51,326 bases of DNA, taken from assembly GCA_035553715.1 (NCBI GenBank), contig DATMJX010000334.1, forward strand, positions 1-51,326, given 5' to 3'. How positions within the stretch are numbered: the first letter of the stretch is position 1; each line of letters begins with the position of its first letter. The translations under genes were made by a program, and so were the position numbers. Positions 44,739-51,326 of the stretch are shown here, piece by piece. The stretch comes from Methylibium sp. (lineage in GTDB: Bacteria; Pseudomonadota; Gammaproteobacteria; Burkholderiales; Burkholderiaceae_C). Below the pieces are notes generated by a model. It made no database searches. It was not told where the DNA came from and saw only the letters and a list, made by a program, of their open reading frames with translations.

Positions 44739-46415
44739 ATGGCCCTGCCCCGTCTTCACCCCTTCCGACCCCGCCTGCTCGAGGCGCTGAGCGGCTACCA
44801 GCGCCGCGACCTGCTGGCCGACATCTCGGCCGGCCTGACCGTCGGCATCGTCGCGCTGCCGCTCGCGATGGCCTTCGCGATCGCCTCGGGCCTCAAGCCC
44901 GAGCAGGGTCTCATCACCGCGATCGTCGCCGGCTTCCTGATCTCGGCGCTCGGCGGCTCGCACGTGCAGATCGGCGGGCCGGCCGGCGCCTTCATCGTCG
45001 TCGTCTACGGCATCGTCGAGCGCTACGGCCTGACCAACCTGCTGATCTCGACCGCGCTGGCCGGGGTGCTGCTGTTCGCGATGGGCGCGCTCAGGCTCGG
45101 CGCGCTGGTGCGCTATATCCCGGTGGCGATCGTGATCGGCTTCACCAACGGCATCGCGGTGCTGATCGCGCTGTCGCAGCTCAAGGACCTGCTCGGCCTG
45201 CCAATCGAGAAGCTGCCGGCCGACTTCCTGGCGCAGCTGGCCACGCTCGCGCGCCACCTCGACGGCCTGAACCCGGTCGCGCTCGCGATCGGCCTGGCCA
45301 GCCTCGCGCTGGTGGTCGTGTGGCCCAAGGCCTACGCGATGCCGGTGACGCCGAGCACGCCGGCCGCGCGCCTGCGGCGCGTGGTCGCGCACCTGCCCGG
45401 CACGATCGTCGCGCTCGCGCTCGCGACGCTGGCCACCGCGCTGTTCGAGCTGCCGGTCGAGACCATCGGCAGCCGCTTCGGCGGCATCCCGCAGGCGCTG
45501 CCGCAGCTCGAGCTGCCGGCCTTCAGCTGGGCCAGCGCGAAGCAGCTCGTGATCCCGACGATCACGATCGCGCTGCTGTGCGCGATCGAGTCGCTGCTGT
45601 GCGCACGGGTGGCCGACAACGCCACCGCGCTGCCGCGCCACGACCCGAACCAGGAGCTGATGGCCCAGGGCGTGGCCAACATGGTCGCGCCGGTGTTCGG
45701 CGGCCTGCCGGCCACCGGCACGATCGCACGCACCATCACCAACGTGCGCGCCGGCGCGCGCAGCCCGGTGGCCGGCATGGTGCATGCGTTCACGCTGCTG
45801 GCGGTGGTGCTGGTGGCCGCGCCGCTGGCGCTGCACGTGCCGCTCGCGTCGCTGGCCGGCATCCTGCTGTTCGTCGCCTGGAGCATGGGCGAGTGGCATG
45901 AGTTCGCGCGCCTGCGCCACCTGACCGTGCCCTACCGGGTCACGCTGCTCGGCACCTTCGTGCTGACGGTGGTGTTCGACCTGACGGTGGCGGTCGAGGT
46001 CGGCCTGGTGCTGGCCTGCGGCTTCTTCATCTGGCGCATGGCCGCGCTGTTCCGCATCGACGCGCCGGAGGGCGATGCGCCGCCGGCCGGCGTGGTGGTG
46101 CGGCGGCTCTACGGCGCGCTGTTCTTCGGCGCGGTCGACCGGCTCGAGGCGCTGGCGGACACGCTGCCCGAGGGCACGCGTGCGCTGGTGCTCGACGCGC
46201 GGCTGCTGGTGGCGCTGGACGTCAGTGGCGCCGAGGCGCTGCGCACACTGCACCGCGCGCTGCGGCGCCGCGGCATCGCGCTGTGCCTGGCCGGCCTGCA
46301 CGAGCAGCCGCGCTCCATCGTCGAGCGCAGCGGGCTGGACGCCGAGCTCGGCGCCGCCGGGCTGAGCCCGGACCTCGACAGCGCCCTGCAGCGCGCCGCC
46401 CCCGCCGAGCGCTGA
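44739..46415 (+). CDS. SulP-family anion transporter with STAS domain
   Basis: AGLTVGIVALPLAMAFAIASG, QIGGPAGAF, NQELMAQG, GALFFGA, LDVSG. Confidence 0.93.
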   Translation: MALPRLHPFRPRLLEALSGYQRRDLLADISAGLTVGIVALPLAMAFAIASGLKPEQGLITAIVAGFLISALGGSHVQIGGPAGAFIVVVYGIVERYGLTNLLISTALAGVLLFAMGALRLGALVRYIPVAIVIGFTNGIAVLIALSQLKDLLGLPIEKLPADFLAQLATLARHLDGLNPVALAIGLASLALVVVWPKAYAMPVTPSTPAARLRRVVAHLPGTIVALALATLATALFELPVETIGSRFGGIPQALPQLELPAFSWASAKQLVIPTITIALLCAIESLLCARVADNATALPRHDPNQELMAQGVANMVAPVFGGLPATGTIARTITNVRAGARSPVAGMVHAFTLLAVVLVAAPLALHVPLASLAGILLFVAWSMGEWHEFARLRHLTVPYRVTLLGTFVLTVVFDLTVAVEVGLVLACGFFIWRMAALFRIDAPEGDAPPAGVVVRRLYGALFFGAVDRLEALADTLPEGTRALVLDARLLVALDVSGAEALRTLHRALRRRGIALCLAGLHEQPRSIVERSGLDAELGAAGLSPDLDSALQRAAPAER

Positions 46416-46422
46416 GCCGCGC

Positions 46423-49083
46423 TCAGTCCAGCGGCAGGCGCAGCCGCACGATCTCGTGGTCCGAGGCCGCGGGGTCGGGCTCGAAGCCGCAGTGCGCGGC
46501 CAGCTCGAGCATCGCACGGTTGCCGCGCAGCACGTCGCCGACGAGGCGGCGCGTGCCGCGCCCGCGCGCGTAGTCGGTGATGCGCTGCATCAGCAGGCGG
46601 CCGAGACCGCCGCCCTTCAGGTCGCTGCGCACGATGATCGCGAACTCGGCCTCGACGTTGTCCGGGTCGGCCACCAGCCGCACCACGCCGAGCGTCTCGC
46701 CCTCGCGCCCGGTGGCGTCGAGCTCGACCGCGACCAGCGCCATCTCGCGCTCGTAGTCGATCTGCGTCAGCCGCGCCAGCTCGCTGTGCGGCAGCACGCG
46801 CCGCGTGTGGAAGATGCGCATGCGGATGTCCTCGGCAGCGAGCCGCTCGATGAAGCGCCGGTGCGCCGGCTCGTCCTCGGGGCGGATCGGCCGCACGACG
46901 AGGCGCCGGCCGCGCCAGTCGACCGGGGCGACCAGCTCGCTCGGGTAGGGCCGGATCGCGAAGCGCGCACCGCCGCCCGGGCACTCGGCCGCCACGCGCA
47001 CCCGCGCGTCGACCGCCAGCACGCCCTGCGCATCGGCCAGCAGCGGGTTGATGTCGAGCTCGGCCACCTCCGGCAAGTCGGCGAGCAGCCGCGCCACCGC
47101 GGCCAGCACGTCGTACAGCGCCGCCCGGTCCGCGGGTGGGCGGTTGCGGTAGCCGGCCAGCAGCCGCGCGACGCGGGTGCGCGCGACCAGCTCGGCCGCC
47201 AGCGCGCGGTTCAGCGGCGGCAGCGCGACGGCACGGTCGGCCAGCACCTCGACCGCGGTGCCGCCGGCGCCGAACAGCAGCACCGGCCCGAACAGCGCGT
47301 CCACGCTGGCGCCGACGATCAGCTCGTGGGCCTGGGGCCGCTCGGCCATGCGCTGCACCGTCAGGCCGTCGAGGCGCGCGCCGGGCTGGCGCGCGCGCAC
47401 GCGTGCCAGCAGCGTGTCGGCCGCGGCGCGCAGCGCGGCCTCGTCGCGCAGGTCGAGCACGACCCCGCCGACATCGGACTTGTGGAGGATGTCGCGCGAG
47501 GCGATCTTCAGCGCCACCGGGTAGCCGGTCTCGGCCGCCGCCGCGACGGCGGCCTCGGCCGTGGGCGCGGCCAGGCGGGTCGGGATCACCGGCACGCCGT
47601 AGGCGGCCAGCAGCGCCATCGCGTCGGCATCGCTCAGCCAGCCCCGGCCCTCGGCGAGCGCGCGATCGACCAGCGCGCGGGCGACGTCGAGCGCCGGCGC
47701 CGGCGCCTCGGCCGATGCCGGGGTCTCGAGCAGCGCCTCCTGGTTGACGCGCCAGGTGCGCAGCAGCGCGAGCGCATGCACCGCCTCCTCCGGCGTCGCG
47801 TAGTCGGCGATGCCCGCCTCGGTGAACAGGTGGCGCGCCCGCGCGACCGCCGACTCGCCGAGCCAGCAGCTCATCAGCCGCCCCGACGCGCCGCGCGCCA
47901 GCGGCAGCAGCGCCTGCGCGATCGCCTCGCTGCCCACCATCGCGGTCGGCGCGTGCAGCAGCAGCACGGTGCCGCTGTCCGGGTCGGCCAGCAGCTCGGC
48001 CAGTGCCGCGCCATAGCGCTCGACCGGGGCGTCGCCGATGATGTCGATCGGGTTCGCGTGCGACCAGGTCGGCGGCAGCAGCGCGTCGAGCCGCCCGAGC
48101 AGCGCCGCCCCCGGTACCGCCATCGGCACGCCCAGCCGCTCGGCCGCGTCGGCGGCCAGCACGCCGCCGCCGCCGCCGTTGGTCAGCACGGTCAGCGCCC
48201 CGGCCTGCGCCGGCTGCAGCCGCGCGAGCGTCTGCGCCGCGAGGAAGAGCTCCTGCAGCGTGTCCACCCTCAGCATGCCGGCGCGGCGGATCGCGGCGTC
48301 GAACACGATGTCGGCGCCCGCCAGCGCGCCGGTGTGCGAGGCCGCCGCCTGCGCACCGCTGCGGCTGCGGCCGGCCTTCACGACGATCACCGGCTTGTTG
48401 CGCGCCGCCGCGCGCGCCGCCGACATGAACTTGCGCGGCGACTCGATCGACTCGATGTAGAGCAGGATCGCGCGGGTGTGGGCGTCGCTGGCCAGCAGGT
48501 CGAGCAGGTCGCCGAAGTCGACGTCGAGCCGCTCGCCGATCGACACCAGGTGCGAGAAGCCGACGCCGCGCGCGCCGGCCCAGTCGAGCATCGCGGTCAG
48601 CAGCGCGCCGGACTGCGAGACGAAGGCGATCTCGCCCGGGCGCGCCGCGGCATGGGCGAAGCTGGCGTTCAGGCCCAGGCGCGGCGTCATCAGGCCGATG
48701 CAGTTGGGCCCGAGCAGGCGCAGGCAGTGCGGCCGCGCGGCGTCGAGCGCGGCCTGCTTGTGCTCGCGCGTCAGCCCGGCGGTCAGCACCACGACCGCGC
48801 GCGTGCCGAAGGCGCCGAGCTCGGCGACCAGCCCGGGCACGCTGGCCGGCGGCGTGCAGACCACCGCCAGGTCCGGCACCCGCGGCAGGTCGGCCACGCG
48901 CGCCACGCAAGGCTCGCCGTCGAGCGTGCGGTGCGCGGGGTTGACCGCCATCACCGGCCCGGCGAAGCCGCCGGCCCGCAGGTTGCGCCAGACCAGGTTG
49001 CCGACGCTGCCGGGCCGCGGCGTCGCGCCGATCAGGACGATCGAGGCAGGTTCGAGCAGGCGGTCGAGGTGGCGGATCGTCAT
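46423..49083 (-). CDS. pat: Protein lysine acetyltransferase (NDP-forming acyl-CoA synthetase domain + C-terminal GNAT)
   Basis: LLGPNCIG, SQSGA, SHTGALAG, NPIDIIGDA, HKSDVGGV, ELDINPL, then GNAT RPIRPED...QIDYERE...AEFAIIVRSDLKGGGLG. Confidence 0.88.
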   Translation of the reverse strand: MTIRHLDRLLEPASIVLIGATPRPGSVGNLVWRNLRAGGFAGPVMAVNPAHRTLDGEPCVARVADLPRVPDLAVVCTPPASVPGLVAELGAFGTRAVVVLTAGLTREHKQAALDAARPHCLRLLGPNCIGLMTPRLGLNASFAHAAARPGEIAFVSQSGALLTAMLDWAGARGVGFSHLVSIGERLDVDFGDLLDLLASDAHTRAILLYIESIESPRKFMSAARAAARNKPVIVVKAGRSRSGAQAAASHTGALAGADIVFDAAIRRAGMLRVDTLQELFLAAQTLARLQPAQAGALTVLTNGGGGGVLAADAAERLGVPMAVPGAALLGRLDALLPPTWSHANPIDIIGDAPVERYGAALAELLADPDSGTVLLLHAPTAMVGSEAIAQALLPLARGASGRLMSCWLGESAVARARHLFTEAGIADYATPEEAVHALALLRTWRVNQEALLETPASAEAPAPALDVARALVDRALAEGRGWLSDADAMALLAAYGVPVIPTRLAAPTAEAAVAAAAETGYPVALKIASRDILHKSDVGGVVLDLRDEAALRAAADTLLARVRARQPGARLDGLTVQRMAERPQAHELIVGASVDALFGPVLLFGAGGTAVEVLADRAVALPPLNRALAAELVARTRVARLLAGYRNRPPADRAALYDVLAAVARLLADLPEVAELDINPLLADAQGVLAVDARVRVAAECPGGGARFAIRPYPSELVAPVDWRGRRLVVRPIRPEDEPAHRRFIERLAAEDIRMRIFHTRRVLPHSELARLTQIDYEREMALVAVELDATGREGETLGVVRLVADPDNVEAEFAIIVRSDLKGGGLGRLLMQRITDYARGRGTRRLVGDVLRGNRAMLELAAHCGFEPDPAASDHEIVRLRLPLD

Positions 49084-49188
49084 GGCGGGGCCTCGGCGAG
49101 GGCGCACCGATTGTGCCCAGCCCGGGCGCGGCGGCGCGCCTCCGCGCAGAATCGCGCCCATGGGCGGCATCCGGCATGGCGCGTCACG

Positions 49189-50733
49189 ATGAACGACCAG
49201 ACCTCGCGTGCGCTGGTCGACGGGCTGCGCCGCTGGCTCGGCCGCGACGGCACGCCGGTGGAGCTGATCGAGACCCACATCTCCTGGGTGCTGCTGGCCG
49301 GCACGCTGGCCTACAAGCTCAAGAAGCCGGTGAAGCTGCCCTTCCTGGACTTCAGCGACGCCGGGCGGCGCCGGCACTTCTGCGAGGAGGAGCTGCGCGT
49401 CAACCGCCGTTTCGCGCCGCAGATCTACCTCGGCCTGAGCCGGGTCACCGGCAGCCTGGCCGAACCCCGCCTGGACGGGGACGGCCCGCTGCTCGACCAC
49501 GCGGTGCGGATGCGCCGCTTCCCCGCCGACGCGCTGCTCGCCACGCGGGCGCTGGGCGGGCCGCTCGATCCCGGCCTGCTCGAGCCGCTCGCCGCGCAGA
49601 TCGCCGGCTGGCAGGGCCGCGCCGAGCCGGCCCCGGCGGACGGGGCCTGGGGCGGCGCCGCCCTGCACGCGATGGCGCTGGCCACGCTCGACGGCGTCGC
49701 GGCGCAGTGGCCGCAGCGCCGCGCCGACATCGACGTCCTGCGCGGCTGGTTCGCCGCCCAGGGCGACGCGCTCGCGCCGCTGTGGGCCGCGCGCCGCGCG
49801 GCACGGCAGGTGCGCGAGGGCCATGGCGACCTGCACCTCGCGAACATCGTGCAGCTCGACGCGGGCTGGTTCCCCTTCGACGCGATCGAGTTCGACCCGG
49901 CGCTGCGCTTCATCGACGTCGTCGACGACGTGGCCTTCACCGCGATGGACCTGAAGGCGCATGGCCAGCCCGTCGCCGCGGCGCGCTTCGTCAACGCCTG
50001 GGTCGAGGCCAGCGGCGACCATGCCGGGCTGCCGCTGTGGCGCCACGCCCTCGTCTACCGGGCGCTGGTGCGCGCACTGGTCACCGGACTGCGCGCGCCG
50101 GCCCCGTGCCGGCCGTCGGCGCTTGACTACCTGACGCTGGCCCTGGCCGAGGCGCGCGCCGCGCCGGCACCGGCGCTGCTGATCACCCACGGCCTGCCGG
50201 GCTCGGGCAAGAGCCATGCGGCGCTGCAGCTGCTCGGCCCCACCGGCGCGCTGCGGCTGCGCTCGGACGTCGAGCGCAAGCGCCTGCTCGGCCTCGCGCC
50301 GCTGGCCGCCACGCCGCCCGGCGGCGCAGCCTACGACAGCGACACGACCCGCCGCACCTATGCGCGGCTGGCCGGCCTGGCGCGCACGGCGCTGAGCGCC
50401 GGCTGGCCGGTGGTGGTCGACGCGGCCTTCCTGCGGCGCGCCGAGCGCCTCGAGTTCGCCGCGCTGGCGGCCGAGTTGGGCTGCCCCTTCGCGCTGCTGC
50501 ACTGCGACGCGCCGATGGCGCTGCTGCGCGAACGCATCGTCGCGCGCCAGGCGCGCGGCGATGACCCCTCGGAGGCCGGTCTGGCCGTGCTCGAGCAGCT
50601 CGCGGCCCGGGCCGAGCCGCTGGACGCCGACGAGCAGCGCCACGCGCTCAGGGTGGACACGAGCGCGCCGCTGGCCGTGGCGGCGCTCGCCGAGCGCTGG
50701 CGGGCCGGGGCCGCGCCCGCACGCGGCGCCTGA
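49189..50733 (+). CDS. Bifunctional aminoglycoside-phosphotransferase-like kinase + P-loop (AAA_33/gluconate-kinase-like) protein
   Basis: IETHISWV, YKLKKPV, EGHGDLHLANI, FDAIEF, then GLPGSGKS and RSDVERK. Confidence 0.88.
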   Translation: MNDQTSRALVDGLRRWLGRDGTPVELIETHISWVLLAGTLAYKLKKPVKLPFLDFSDAGRRRHFCEEELRVNRRFAPQIYLGLSRVTGSLAEPRLDGDGPLLDHAVRMRRFPADALLATRALGGPLDPGLLEPLAAQIAGWQGRAEPAPADGAWGGAALHAMALATLDGVAAQWPQRRADIDVLRGWFAAQGDALAPLWAARRAARQVREGHGDLHLANIVQLDAGWFPFDAIEFDPALRFIDVVDDVAFTAMDLKAHGQPVAAARFVNAWVEASGDHAGLPLWRHALVYRALVRALVTGLRAPAPCRPSALDYLTLALAEARAAPAPALLITHGLPGSGKSHAALQLLGPTGALRLRSDVERKRLLGLAPLAATPPGGAAYDSDTTRRTYARLAGLARTALSAGWPVVVDAAFLRRAERLEFAALAAELGCPFALLHCDAPMALLRERIVARQARGDDPSEAGLAVLEQLAARAEPLDADEQRHALRVDTSAPLAVAALAERWRAGAAPARGA

Positions 50734-50758
50734 GCACCGCCCGGCCCCTCGCGGCCCT

Positions 50759-51326
50759 TCAGCGCCAGAACGGTTCGGCCTGGCGCCAGCGGGCCAGCGC
50801 CGCCGCGCCCTCGGCCAGCGCCGCCTCGCGGCGCGCCGCCAGCCAGCCGAGCGCGAACCAGGCGCGCGGCTCGGTGGCGGCGAGCGAGCGGCAGGCCGCC
50901 ATCGCCACGCACAGGTCGTTGAAATCGCCCAGCCGCTCCTGGGCCGCGCGCAGGCGCTCGAGAAAGGCCTCGACCGCCGCCTTCGGGAACAGCGGCGCGG
51001 CGAACTCGGCCGCGTAGCGCAGGCGCTTGGCGCGTCGGCGCACGCGGTGGCGGCCGTCGTCGTCGAGCGACGCATAGCGCCTGGCTTCCTTGCGCAGCCG
51101 CCGCTGCCAGTCCGACAGTCGCTCGGCGACGAGGCGCCGCAGCTCGGGCCCCGGCGCCGCGTCGGCCGGCGAAGGCGCGGGCGGGACCAGCAGCGCGGCC
51201 TGCAGCGCGATGAACAGCGCGCCGTGACGGGCACGCTCGGCGTCGCTCCAGGCACTCGCCTCGCCCACTGCCGGCCGCGCGAGCGGCGGCTCGCCGAGGG
51301 ACGCCAGCGCCGCGTCGACCGCGGCC
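50759..51326 (-). CDS. CHAD domain protein (3' part; start lies beyond the window)
   Basis: HRVRRRAKRLRYAAEF and QERLGDFNDL CHAD motifs. Confidence 0.8.
   Translation of the reverse strand, partial: AAVDAALASLGEPPLARPAVGEASAWSDAERARHGALFIALQAALLVPPAPSPADAAPGPELRRLVAERLSDWQRRLRKEARRYASLDDDGRHRVRRRAKRLRYAAEFAAPLFPKAAVEAFLERLRAAQERLGDFNDLCVAMAACRSLAATEPRAWFALGWLAARREAALAEGAAALARWRQAEPFWR

Noticed and set aside
46423-51255. Apparent 1610-aa and 1425-aa giant proteins
   Set aside because: Each is a real gene (pat from 49083; kinase from 49189) extended upstream through the antisense frame of its divergent neighbour.

Overview
Very GC-rich bacterial chromosomal window. Gene content and synteny suggest a Betaproteobacterium of the Burkholderiales (inference). 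In order, it holds: a cobalamin riboswitch ahead of a partial TonB-dependent receptor; zapB-like/zapA/6S RNA/EVE/TSUP; a degenerate PAS-GGDEF protein; a sigma-54-driven nitrate-assimilation region (ANTAR regulator with tandem NarX-like sensor motifs, NarK/NasA transporter, PP2C-Ser/Thr kinase fusion, nirBD, a molybdo-nitrate reductase followed by a DmsB-DmsC-like fusion, ybiB, cobA); housekeeping genes (rpsU, yqeY, dinB, dcd); a Tat-exported Cys-type formate dehydrogenase cluster with maturation genes; apbC; a five-gene receiver/YaiO-like barrel/HEAT/GT2 synthase/histidine kinase cassette between apbC and metG; sulP; pat; an APH-AAA kinase; and a partial CHAD gene. The strongest leads are: (1) the candidate phosphorelay-controlled glycan synthesis/export cassette; (2) a signal-less nitrate reductase paired with a fused FeS/quinol-anchor subunit; (3) a 30-bp internal micro-inversion that frameshifts the TorD-like chaperone and can be reconstructed from its flanks; (4) palindromic repeats at gene junctions that carry small bridging ORFs; (5) a dinB with no canonical start codon. 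No CRISPR array, tRNA, rRNA, transposase or integrase was seen. All family calls come from motif recognition by eye, not database searches.
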